DNA of 64,000 nucleotides. It comes from Vicinamibacteria bacterium. GTDB taxonomy: Bacteria; Acidobacteriota; Vicinamibacteria; Fen-336; JAGNNV01. Positions 14,294 through 22,291 of the stretch are shown in pieces. The notes under the pieces are model-generated. The model was not told the DNA's origin and made no database searches. It saw only the letters and a list, made by a program, of their open reading frames with translations. Within the stretch, counting starts at the first letter, position 1. Each line of letters starts with the position of its first letter. A program made the translations under genes and the position numbers. The DNA is taken from contig JANMVV010000049.1 of NCBI GenBank assembly GCA_031392925.1, positions 36,835-100,834 on the forward strand, written 5' to 3'.

Positions 14294-14800
14294 TCAGGCC
14301 GCGGTCAGAGCTTCGAAGGCCGGGTTGCCCAGAAGGGCCGCGAACTCGCCGTCAAGGGGGGCCTGCGCGCGACGCTCCGCCGAAAGGGAGCACGCGGTCT
14401 TCAGAGAGGCGAGGGCCTCATCGACCTTCTCGCGGCGGGCCCGCACGATGGCGAGAGAGTAGTGCGCGTCCGCGTTTTTCGGCTCCTCGGCCAGAACCGC
14501 GTCGATGTCTTTTTCGGCCGCGTCGAGGTCACCGGCGTTGAGCGCGATGATTCCCGCGAGCAGACGCTCGGCTATGTTCTTCGGACGTCCGGTGCGGCTC
14601 GCGTCCTTGGTCAGGTTCATCGCGCCAAAACGTCGCGCCCGGTCGAGGATGTCGATCTCATCCGAAAACTGAGACTCGATGACGCCGAGCGCTTCCTTCG
14701 CCTTGTCGGCCTCGCCCTTGAAGGCGGCGCGTACAACCTTTGCAAAGGCTTCGGTTGCGAGTTCTCTTCGGCGGTCGTCCGCGAGCGGCTTCTTCGACAT
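14294..14800 (-). CDS. Hypothetical helical / TPR-like protein
   Basis: 168-aa ORF at the head of the glmU-glmS-uvrD string. One TPR-like segment (AEKDIDAVLAEEPKNADAHYSLAIVRARR). Function unknown. Confidence 0.65.
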   Translation of the reverse strand: MSKKPLADDRRRELATEAFAKVVRAAFKGEADKAKEALGVIESQFSDEIDILDRARRFGAMNLTKDASRTGRPKNIAERLLAGIIALNAGDLDAAEKDIDAVLAEEPKNADAHYSLAIVRARREKVDEALASLKTACSLSAERRAQAPLDGEFAALLGNPAFEALTAA

Positions 14801-15099
14801 GGCTTTGCGATCTCTTTCTGAACTTCTGATGGCGTGGAAACTATGGAAGACCGCAGTTTTAGCGGCGCGAAACGATCGGGCGGGACCGATGAATGTACCA
14901 CAGGACAGTCGATCTTCGTGCTGTGTCTAACAGAACCTGCCCGTGGCTCAGGAGACACTGATTGAAGCGTCGGAGTGGTCGCCCGGCCACAGAGGCGCAC
15001 GTCCGGTCGATACTTCTAACCAATTGATAAACAAAGCCTTAAACAAATGTGTTCAGCCTCTGGTGTCAGGGTACAGCAATTGCAACGCCAAAGTCACCT

Positions 15100-15990
15100 G
15101 TGCGCCAACGCACCCTCCAACGAATTGTCGAAACTCAGGGCGTCGGCCTCCATTCCGGCAAGCTGGTTTCGCTCCGTCTTCTGCCTGCCCCCGCCAACAC
15201 CGGTATCGTCTTCGTACGTACGGACCTTGAGAATCGCGAGATTCCGGCCCGAGTCGAATGGGTGGCGCAGCAGGAGCTCGCGATGTCCTTGAGGCGGGAC
15301 GGAGCGCAGGTGATGACCGTGGAGCATCTCCTCGCCGCACTCTACGCCACGGGGGTCGACAACCTTCGCGTCGAGCTCAACGGTCCAGAGATTCCGGTCT
15401 TCGATGGATCCTCCCGGATGTTCCTGCATCTTATCGACGAGGCCGGCGTCAAGAACCTGGCGGCTTTTCAGAGCACCATGGTGGTTCGACGCTCGGTTCG
15501 GGTGGCCTCCCCAAATGGCGACCGGTCCGTGCTGATCGAGCCCTCCGACGAGTTCGAGGTCGACTACTCGATCGAATTCGACCACGCTCTCGTGGGACGG
15601 CAGCGGGTCGCTCTCGATGTCACCGAGGAGAGTTTTCGGAACGAGCTTTCCACCGCTCGGACCTTCTGTTTCCTCAAGGACGTTGAAGCCATGCGCGCGC
15701 GCGGCCTGGCCCTTGGCGGGTCACTCGAAAGCGCGGTCGTGATTGGAGAGAATGGGTTCCTCTCCAGCCCACGGATGAAGGACGAGTTCGTGCGGCACAA
15801 GGCCCTCGATGTCGTTGGCGACCTGGCCCTGCTCGGTTTCCGTCTTCGTGGACGCGTGGTCGCGCAGTGCGCGGGCCACGCTCTTCACGCGGAGCTGGTA
15901 CGCGCTCTTTTGCGCGACCACGCCGCCTGGACGATCGAGACCTCGACCTCTCACATCTCCGGTTTCGAACACGTGGCAGCTTCCGCCTAG
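15100..15990 (+). CDS. lpxC: UDP-3-O-acyl-GlcNAc deacetylase
   Basis: GTG at 15100 gives VRQRTLQRIVETQGVGLHSGKLVSLRLLPAPANTGIVFVRTDL. This is colinear with the canonical LpxC N-terminus (E. coli MIKQRTLKRIV..GVGLHTGK..). The track start at 15049 adds 17 unsupported residues. Confidence 0.93.
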   Translation: MRQRTLQRIVETQGVGLHSGKLVSLRLLPAPANTGIVFVRTDLENREIPARVEWVAQQELAMSLRRDGAQVMTVEHLLAALYATGVDNLRVELNGPEIPVFDGSSRMFLHLIDEAGVKNLAAFQSTMVVRRSVRVASPNGDRSVLIEPSDEFEVDYSIEFDHALVGRQRVALDVTEESFRNELSTARTFCFLKDVEAMRARGLALGGSLESAVVIGENGFLSSPRMKDEFVRHKALDVVGDLALLGFRLRGRVVAQCAGHALHAELVRALLRDHAAWTIETSTSHISGFEHVAASA

Positions 15991-16040
15991 GCAGCCACCG
16001 CCCGCCCGCTCCGGGGTGGCATTGAGAAAAACCCAAAAAA

Positions 16041-16070
16041 AAGCCCGCTCCTGTAAGCGGGCTTTTCTTC
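16041..16070. terminator. Bidirectional intrinsic terminator between convergent lpxC and exbD
   Basis: Perfect 9-bp stem aagcccgct / agcgggctt (16041-16049 / 16056-16064), loop cctgta. A-run upstream (aaaaaaaa) and T-run downstream (ttttcttctt). Confidence 0.8.
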
Positions 16071-16095
16071 TTCTGTCCCCGGAGGGAGCCCTGGT

Positions 16096-16563
16096 TTACT
16101 GGGGCGGCTGAGAAGGCGCCGCGGCGGCGGTATCGGAGATGATGCCGACGCGGTCGGCGCCCGCGCCCCGCGCGATGTCCATCGCCTCCACCACCTTGCC
16201 GTAGAGCGACTTCGCGTCCCCGCGCACGAAGATGGTCTTATCGTTTCTGGTCTGGAAGACATCCTTGAGTTTCTGGTCCAGCTCCTCAAGGCTCGCCATC
16301 GGGAGCTTGTTGACGGAGATGGCGCCCGATTCGCTGATTTCCATAACAAGAACCTCTTTGTTGATGGGGGGAGGCGGCTGATTCTTATTGTCCTTGGGAA
16401 GGGCGATATCGACGCCCTTCTGGGCGGTGGGCGTCACCAGCATGAAGATGATGAGCAGCACCAGCATCACGTCGATGAGAGGCGTGATGTTGATGTCCGA
16501 GACGGACTTCGGCCCTTCGGCGTAGTGGGCCTCCTCGTGCTTCTTCTTTTTCGCCTGCGCCAT
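16096..16563 (-). CDS. exbD: Biopolymer transport protein ExbD/TolR
   Basis: Start at the internal ATG 16563 (MAQAKKKKHEE...). INITPLIDVMLVLLIIFM TM helix and ExbD periplasmic domain. Confidence 0.9.
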   Translation of the reverse strand: MAQAKKKKHEEAHYAEGPKSVSDINITPLIDVMLVLLIIFMLVTPTAQKGVDIALPKDNKNQPPPPINKEVLVMEISESGAISVNKLPMASLEELDQKLKDVFQTRNDKTIFVRGDAKSLYGKVVEAMDIARGAGADRVGIISDTAAAAPSQPPQ

Positions 16564-16567
16564 GGTC

Positions 16568-16999
16568 TTAGCCCTCCACCTTGGGTTCGGAAATGAGCGC
16601 GATTTCTTCAACGCCCGCATCGCGGCAGGCGTCCATCACCTTCATGACTTCACCGTACTCGATCTTGATGTCCGCCTTCAGGAAGGCCACCTTGTCGGTG
16701 TCTCCCTTTTCCTCGAGCGCCTTCACCAGAAGCTCCTTGAGCTCGGGAATGCCACCATCAAGCTTCCGACCCTTGAAGAAGACGGTGAAGTTCCGGGTGA
16801 ACCCGATCGTGATGTTGTCCTGCTCGTCCTTGCGCTCTTTGGTGTTCGCTGCCTTGGGCAGCTCGACATCGACGCCCTTGTTGATGAGGGGCGTGATCAC
16901 CATGAAGATGATCAGAAGCACGATCATGATGTCGGCCATGGGCGTCACGTTGATGTCCGCGATCGCACTGCCTTTTTTTGCGCCGACTGCCATCGACAT
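16568..16999 (-). CDS. exbD: Biopolymer transport protein ExbD/TolR (second copy)
   Basis: Start at the internal ATG 16999 (MSMAVGAKKGSAIADINVTPMADIMIVLLIIFMV...). The track N-terminal extension overlaps exbB out of frame. Confidence 0.9.
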   Translation of the reverse strand: MSMAVGAKKGSAIADINVTPMADIMIVLLIIFMVITPLINKGVDVELPKAANTKERKDEQDNITIGFTRNFTVFFKGRKLDGGIPELKELLVKALEEKGDTDKVAFLKADIKIEYGEVMKVMDACRDAGVEEIALISEPKVEG

Positions 17000-17097
17000 G
17001 GTGTTTGCGAGCCTCCGTTGAATACTGCGGGGTGCCAGACAAGCCCCCCAAGATCCCCCGCCGCCCGCGAGGACCTCTTTGGGCTTTCGGCCGATGT

Positions 17098-17769
17098 TTA
17101 GGCGATCTTCTTCACGAAGTCGAGGAGCTCCGAACCGGAGTTGTCCATCTCGACCGTAAAGCCGTCCACCTGACCGGCGAAGTAGTTGTACGCCCACACC
17201 GCGACGATGGCCACGACGAGGCCAAGAGCGGTGGTGATGAGCGCTTCTGCGATGCCGGCGGAGATCGCCGCGATACCGCCCGAGCCGGTCATAGCCATGC
17301 CCGAGAACGCATTGATGATGCCGAAGGTCGTTCCGAACAGACCAACGAAGGGCGCGGTGGCGCCGGTGGTGGCCAGGAAGGAGAGACCCTTCTTGAGGTC
17401 AGCGAGGTTGACCGCGGTCGCCCGCTGCATGGCGCGCTTGGCCGCTTCAAGAGCGGCGTCCTTGTCGGTTTCGCCCGTGGCGCCCTGGAACTGCCATTCC
17501 TGCAGACCGGCGAGCGATACTTTGGCGAGGTGGGAGGACTTCATGCCCGAGGAGCCCGAGAGATCCACGGCTTCCTTCAACTTACCGGCCTTGAGCAGAC
17601 GGGCCACGTCGGCCGCGTACTTCCTCGACTGAGCCTTGGCGCTGGTAAAGAGCTTCCAGCGGTCGAAGATGATCGAGATTGACCAGATGGACATGATGAG
17701 CAGGGTGAAGACAACGCCCTTCGCAACCCAGCCCATGCTGGACCACAGATGCGCCATATCGAATTGCAT
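17098..17769 (-). CDS. exbB: MotA/TolQ/ExbB proton channel protein
   Basis: 223 aa, three TM segments, conserved ...TAPFVGLFGTTFGIINAF.... Precedes the two exbD genes. Confidence 0.92.
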   Translation of the reverse strand: MQFDMAHLWSSMGWVAKGVVFTLLIMSIWSISIIFDRWKLFTSAKAQSRKYAADVARLLKAGKLKEAVDLSGSSGMKSSHLAKVSLAGLQEWQFQGATGETDKDAALEAAKRAMQRATAVNLADLKKGLSFLATTGATAPFVGLFGTTFGIINAFSGMAMTGSGGIAAISAGIAEALITTALGLVVAIVAVWAYNYFAGQVDGFTVEMDNSGSELLDFVKKIA

Positions 17770-17820
17770 TTTTTGAGACTCCTAAGGTCGGTTATTGAGA
17801 GGTAGGACGAGAGGGGAGGG

Positions 17821-18531
17821 CTAGTTCAGCCTGAAGTTGACTGTCACCGTCATGATGACGGGGACCGGCACGCCGTTCAGGAGCGTGGGAGTGTACTGCC
17901 ATTGCTTGACCGCATCGATGCCGGCCTGATCGAGCAGGGGGATTCCGCGCAGGACCTTGACGTCCGTGACGCGGCCCTGGGGGCTGATGGTGCACTCGAG
18001 AATGACGATGCCCTGGACTCTCGCCTGCTTGGCGATGTCCGGGTAGACCGGGGCCACGTTCTTGGTCTTCGTAGGCTCCTTGATGTTGCCGCCGACCCGC
18101 ACGGCCTGGACCACGGGAGGGGGCTCGGCCGGCAATCCACCGACGATTCCGCCGGCCACGCCACCCTCAACACCTCCCGCCCCGCCCGCGCCGAGATCGA
18201 TTCCCGCTGACGGTCTGATTTCCTGTGGCACTTCCACCGGGGCCACGAACTTCGTCTCCTGAACTGGAGGCGGGGCCGCCTGCTGCACAACCTTGGGAGC
18301 CGGGGGCGGGGGGGGAGGCGGGGGAGGGGGAGCGGCCGCCGGCTCGACGAAGAAGGCCTTGACCGCGGCCGCCGGCTCAGGAAGCTCCTGGGCCTGGAGG
18401 AGGGGGACAATCACCACCGCCAGGAGTCCGATGGCATGGAGCGCCAGGGAAATGGAGAAGAACAGGCTCCGCTTGGGCCGATGACCCTTGGTGTCCGATT
18501 CCACTAAGTCTTCAAACAGTTTTCGTTCCAT
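17821..18531 (-). CDS. tonB: Energy transducer TonB
   Basis: N-terminal TM anchor, Pro-rich spacer (AAPPPPPPPPPPPAPK), C-terminal TonB domain (YPDIAKQARVQGIVILECTISPQGRVTDVKVLRG). Heads the exbB-exbD-exbD operon. Confidence 0.92.
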   Translation of the reverse strand: MERKLFEDLVESDTKGHRPKRSLFFSISLALHAIGLLAVVIVPLLQAQELPEPAAAVKAFFVEPAAAPPPPPPPPPPAPKVVQQAAPPPVQETKFVAPVEVPQEIRPSAGIDLGAGGAGGVEGGVAGGIVGGLPAEPPPVVQAVRVGGNIKEPTKTKNVAPVYPDIAKQARVQGIVILECTISPQGRVTDVKVLRGIPLLDQAGIDAVKQWQYTPTLLNGVPVPVIMTVTVNFRLN

Positions 18532-18636
18532 CTGTCACCTCGCTCTTGTCTTTCGAGATCAAGAGACGTTTCGAAGGTGGATGAGGTCAATGAAGAACCA
18601 ATTTTCCGAAACGGTTCTCGTCGGATAAGTCATCGA

Positions 18637-18666
18637 ATTGTAGACACCGTGACGAAACACTGTCAA
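18637..18666 (-). promoter_or_regulatory. Near-consensus sigma-70 promoter for the tonB-exbB-exbD-exbD operon
   Basis: Minus strand reads TTGACA (18666-18661), 18-nt spacer, TACAAT (18642-18637). About 100-nt leader to the tonB ATG, containing hairpins gaacc/ggttc and ctcttg/caagag, then SD gaggtg. Confidence 0.6.
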
Positions 18667-18783
18667 CGAATTGCCGCGCATTCTTTCGCCACATTTCGGC
18701 AGGCGCCCGTTGTGATCGCTCGGGCACCGGTAAGATAATTCACCACGCACTATAGACAGAAGACGCGCGAAACACATGAATCG

Positions 18784-18813
18784 TTGACGTAACTTCGACC
18801 GCTGCCCTACAAT
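18784..18813 (+). promoter_or_regulatory. Near-consensus sigma-70 promoter for the TPR lipoprotein gene
   Basis: TTGACG (18784-18789), 18-nt spacer, TACAAT (18808-18813). About 155-nt leader to the ATG at 18975. Confidence 0.55.
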
Positions 18814-18974
18814 TCCCCGAAGCCGTCGGCTTCTTTCCAAGATCGATCCATCCTCCAACCCGGCCGATCGTCCTCAAACCGAGGTCGCCGTTTCGGAGAA
18901 ACAAGCTCCCCTATCCCTCACCGCCCGCAGGAAAAGCGGGTAGCGAGAACCAAGCCCCCTTGAAAGACACCAAC

Positions 18975-19997
18975 ATGAGGCACGCGATTCGGACCCTGGC
19001 CGTCATTCTCCTTGCAATTCCTGTTCTGAATTGCGGGCCGGTTCAAGCGCGGACGGCGCTTCGAGAGGGGCACAAGCTCTACAAGGACGAGAGCTTCAAG
19101 AAGGCGATCGAACAATACGACATCGTCCTCGAGAAGGATCCTTCGAACATCGAGGCCACCTTTTACCGGGGAAGCTCGTACCACCAGCTCTTCCGGCCCG
19201 GAAAGGACGACACGAAGGTCAACCTGGAATCCGCGATCAAGGATTACAAGGTGGTTCTTGCGAACCCCCCTTCGGCCGGCGACAAGAAGTACCCTGTCCT
19301 TAAGAAGAACGCGCTCTCGGCCCTGATCGGAATTTACGCCGACGATCCGTATCGCGACTTCGACACCGCGATGAAGTACGCGGGAGAACTGACGAACAGC
19401 GAGCCCGGCAACCTGCAGAACCTGTTCGCCATGGCGAACCTCTACGAGAAGTTCGGCAAGGTGAACGAGGCGGAAGGAGCCTATAAGAAGGCCGTCGAAA
19501 TCGCCCCGAAGGATCCGAAGGCATGCGGAGCTCTGGCCGGCTTCTACAACAAGACCCTCTGGGACGAAAAGGGCGTGCCGGTTGGCGACGGCGGGGCCGG
19601 CCGGGGCCGTTTCGACGATGCCGTCAACCAGCTCAAACAGTGCGCCGAGCTCGATCCCAAGGATCCCAAGGGCTACTACACCGTGGCCACGTTCTACTGG
19701 GATCAGTGCTACCGCGGCCCCCTTCTCGACGACGCCCGCAAGAAGCAGCTCGCCGATGAGGGAATGGAGTTCGTGAACAAGGCGCTCGCCCTCAAGGGCG
19801 ACTTCGTAGAAGCCCTGATCTACAAGGGTCTGCTCCTCCGCGAGGAGGCCAAGCTGACCCGGAACCCGGCCACGCGCAACAGCCTCATGGAGGAAGCACA
19901 GGTCCTTCAGAAGCAGGCCGTCGAGCTCAAGAAGCAGCAGGACGCTGAGCTGGCTGAGAAGACGAAACAGGCGGCCGCGTCCGCCTCATCCAACTAG
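18975..19997 (+). CDS. TPR-repeat lipoprotein
   Basis: The ATG at 18975 gives MRHAIRTLAVILLAIPVLNC-G (lipobox). Multiple TPR units (e.g. AIEQYDIVLEKDPSNIEATFYRGSSY, AEGAYKKAVEIAPKDPKA). The track start at 18960 is a TTG five codons upstream. Confidence 0.85.
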   Translation: MRHAIRTLAVILLAIPVLNCGPVQARTALREGHKLYKDESFKKAIEQYDIVLEKDPSNIEATFYRGSSYHQLFRPGKDDTKVNLESAIKDYKVVLANPPSAGDKKYPVLKKNALSALIGIYADDPYRDFDTAMKYAGELTNSEPGNLQNLFAMANLYEKFGKVNEAEGAYKKAVEIAPKDPKACGALAGFYNKTLWDEKGVPVGDGGAGRGRFDDAVNQLKQCAELDPKDPKGYYTVATFYWDQCYRGPLLDDARKKQLADEGMEFVNKALALKGDFVEALIYKGLLLREEAKLTRNPATRNSLMEEAQVLQKQAVELKKQQDAELAEKTKQAAASASSN

Positions 19998-20047
19998 CCG
20001 ACCTCCAGCCAAGGGCTCGGACAAGGGGACGCCCTCAAGGGACGAGG

Positions 20048-20422
20048 TCAGCCCGCCTTCTTCTTTGAAGTCTTGGGGGCCGCCGCCTTCTTTCTCGTTG
20101 TCCGGGTTCGGGCCTTCGCTCCCGATGGGGCTTTGACGGCGGACGACGGTTTCGCGCCGAGACGACGCACATAGGCCGACAGCATCTCGTTCTCGTAGGT
20201 GACCGAGTTGAGGAAGAGCGACTCGGCGAGGTAGGCGCGCTGCTCGGAGGCGCTCATCTGGTCAATGAGAGACAGGATCTGCGTGCGCATGGTCTCGAAC
20301 GAAGAATTGAGAACACTGCCGAGCGTGATCTCCTGGTAGAGCGCCTCGATGATGGCCAGAAGATCGCCATCGAGGGGAACCTCGAAGCCGGTGGACAGAC
20401 GGACGTTTCGTGCCTTCGACAT
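20048..20422 (-). CDS. Hypothetical protein with Lys/Ala/Pro-rich basic C-terminal tail
   Basis: 124-aa ORF. Its ATG shares one nucleotide with the STAS gene stop (TAATG at 20420-20424). Helical body, then tail ...AKPSSAVKAPSGAKARTRTTRKKAAAPKTSKKKAG (histone H1 / AlgP-like). Confidence 0.75.
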   Translation of the reverse strand: MSKARNVRLSTGFEVPLDGDLLAIIEALYQEITLGSVLNSSFETMRTQILSLIDQMSASEQRAYLAESLFLNSVTYENEMLSAYVRRLGAKPSSAVKAPSGAKARTRTTRKKAAAPKTSKKKAG

Positions 20423-20796
20423 TATTGCTTCCCGGCCGCGGGCCCGAAGGCCTTCAAGGCTTCCTCTTCCTCGCGGAAGATGGGCACTATCTTGTGGACG
20501 CCGGCCATGGACAACATGGTTTCGACCCGCGCCTGGGGGGCCAGGATGTGCAGCCCGCCCCCCTCATCCTTGGCCATACGGTAGATGTCCATGATGCAGC
20601 CGATGGTCGCGCTGTCGATGTAGGACACGGCCCCAAGGTCCAGAACCAGAGACCGGGCCCCGCCATCCACCGCTTCCTTCGTCTTTGCGACGAGGGTCGG
20701 GAGCAGCGGGTAGATAACTCGGGCGGTCTGAACGCGGATGATGGTCGCGTCGCCAATTTTCTCAATCGAAAGATCCACGGTCTTCTCCTTCAACAA
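20422..20796 (-). CDS. STAS-domain anti-sigma-factor antagonist (SpoIIAA/RsbV family)
   Basis: 124 aa. Family pattern ...ARSLVLDLGAVSYIDSATIGCIMDIY... with the conserved phosphorylatable Ser in the DS motif. Starts 12 nt after the ECF sigma gene. Confidence 0.85.
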   Translation of the reverse strand: MLKEKTVDLSIEKIGDATIIRVQTARVIYPLLPTLVAKTKEAVDGGARSLVLDLGAVSYIDSATIGCIMDIYRMAKDEGGGLHILAPQARVETMLSMAGVHKIVPIFREEEEALKAFGPAAGKQ

Positions 20797-20808
20797 ATGT
20801 CTTTCGTT

Positions 20809-21393
20809 TCAACGGGGCCCTTTGGCGCGGAGCGCTCTTGCGAGCTCCTCGCGACCCCGATTGATCCGGCTCTTGATCGTTCCGACCGGCAGGGAGAGTC
20901 TCACCGCCATTTCCTCGTAAGCGAGGCCCTTGAGGTCGCGCAGGACCACCGCCTCCCGGAGTTTCTCGGGTAGCAGGGCGAGGCCCTTTCGCAGGAACTC
21001 TTTTGCCTCCGAGGCTTCGATGGAGCGCAACGGATCGGTGGAGAGGGGAGCCACCGCCTGGTCGAAGGCCAGCCCATCGTCCACCATGGTTCGTTGTTCT
21101 CGCCGGGTGGAGCGATAGTTGTCGATGCAGTGGTTCCGGGCCACGGAGGCCAGCCACTTCGAAAAATCTGCAGAAACGTCGAACTTGCCGAGGTTTCTAA
21201 AGATGCGCAGGAAGATCTCCTGGGAAAGATCCTCGGCGCGGTCGTGGCGCCCGGTGAACTTGTACGCGATGTTGAACACCCGTCGCCGGTGCTTCACCAC
21301 CAGCGTCTCCCAGGCCGCGCCATCGCCGGCCAGGCACAGGGCCACCATAAGCACGTCCTCGGGCCGCGGCGCGGTAGGGGTTGTTGAAAGCAC
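20809..21393 (-). CDS. ECF-type RNA polymerase sigma-70 family factor
   Basis: 194 aa (GTG start). Region 2 (DRAEDLSQEIFLRIFRNLGKF, WLASVARNHCIDNYR) and region 4 HTH (LREAVVLRDLKGLAYEEMAVRLSLPVGTIKSRINRGR). Confidence 0.9.
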   Translation of the reverse strand: MLSTTPTAPRPEDVLMVALCLAGDGAAWETLVVKHRRRVFNIAYKFTGRHDRAEDLSQEIFLRIFRNLGKFDVSADFSKWLASVARNHCIDNYRSTRREQRTMVDDGLAFDQAVAPLSTDPLRSIEASEAKEFLRKGLALLPEKLREAVVLRDLKGLAYEEMAVRLSLPVGTIKSRINRGREELARALRAKGPR

Positions 21394-21452
21394 TTGGATG
21401 GGAGACTTTCCGGGGAAGTCGGTTCAGCCGCCAATAAGCAGAGGGCGCGGGC

Positions 21453-22259
21453 TCACTTCAACTCCGGCCGCCCCGCCTCGGTCCATGCGGTATACCAGAA
21501 GCTGCCCACGTCGGCGGCCGCGTTCGAGAGGAGATCGCTCAGAAGCCGGCCCGCCCGGAGTTCGAACGCCTCGAAGAAGGCGCCGGCGTAGGAGGACTTC
21601 CCGCGATAGGCCAGGCTGTCCGCGTACAGGATGTTGTCCACCCAGATGTGACTCCGCACCATGGTGGAGAAGATGTAGTCTCGCGGATTCTCAAGTAGCC
21701 GGGCCGCCTCCGGGTTGATCTTGAGGCGTCCCTCCATGTCTTCGGGCAGCCGGGCCCCGAGTCGCTTCGCGACGCCCGCCTGGTCCGTCTTCTGGCCGTC
21801 GAAATTTTCCGTCATGGCGAGAGGGTTGTTCAGGTCGGCGGCGAGAATGGCGACTTCGTCCGCGGCCAGGAGGATCTTCTCCTTGTCGCCCGCTTTGAAG
21901 GCCGCGAGGAGACGCGCCTGGGCTTCGAGAAGGAGGAAGGGGAGCCGGCCCACGAGCCGGATATCGGCCTTGGCCTTGACGCCCGCCTCATCCTGCGGCA
22001 CATCCTTGAACGGGAACGCTCCCAGGAGCTCCATCGCGAACCGTCGCCCCTCGGGCCGAGCCGGAGGATCCTCGTCGGGGGTGAGACTCGGCAGCTCGTA
22101 CTTGTGGTCCTCGAAGTACTTCTTCTGGCCCTTGGGCAGGGTATCGATCGCCTTCCGGATCACCAGACGGTATACCGAATCGCTCCACGCGAACGCGGAT
22201 CCAGGCATCAGGACCACGAGTACCACGAGGCCGAGCCGGGAGAGAGTGATCAGTTTCAT
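21453..22259 (-). CDS. Secreted hypothetical protein (possibly degenerate S1/P1-nuclease / zinc-PLC-like fold)
   Basis: The ATG at 22259 is preceded by GGAGG. Signal peptide MKLITLSRLGLVVLVVLMPGSAFA, and the mature protein starts with W. The fold assignment is tentative (see finding). Confidence 0.75.
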   Translation of the reverse strand: MKLITLSRLGLVVLVVLMPGSAFAWSDSVYRLVIRKAIDTLPKGQKKYFEDHKYELPSLTPDEDPPARPEGRRFAMELLGAFPFKDVPQDEAGVKAKADIRLVGRLPFLLLEAQARLLAAFKAGDKEKILLAADEVAILAADLNNPLAMTENFDGQKTDQAGVAKRLGARLPEDMEGRLKINPEAARLLENPRDYIFSTMVRSHIWVDNILYADSLAYRGKSSYAGAFFEAFELRAGRLLSDLLSNAAADVGSFWYTAWTEAGRPELK

Positions 22260-22291
22260 TGGTTCCTCCGAATGAACGGTTGTCGAAAACC

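Noticed and set aside
18559-18858. 99-aa minus-strand ORF inside the tonB / TPR-lipoprotein intergenic region.
   Set aside because: It lies across both predicted promoters. It lacks the strong GC3 bias of real genes here, and has no SD or motif. It is most likely non-coding control DNA.
21394-21452. ECF-type autoregulatory promoter candidate (tGAACC-N15-TCTC) upstream of the ECF sigma gene.
   Set aside because: The putative -10 would lie only about 10 nt from the GTG start. The motif is short and degenerate, so it cannot be supported without knowing the ECF group consensus.
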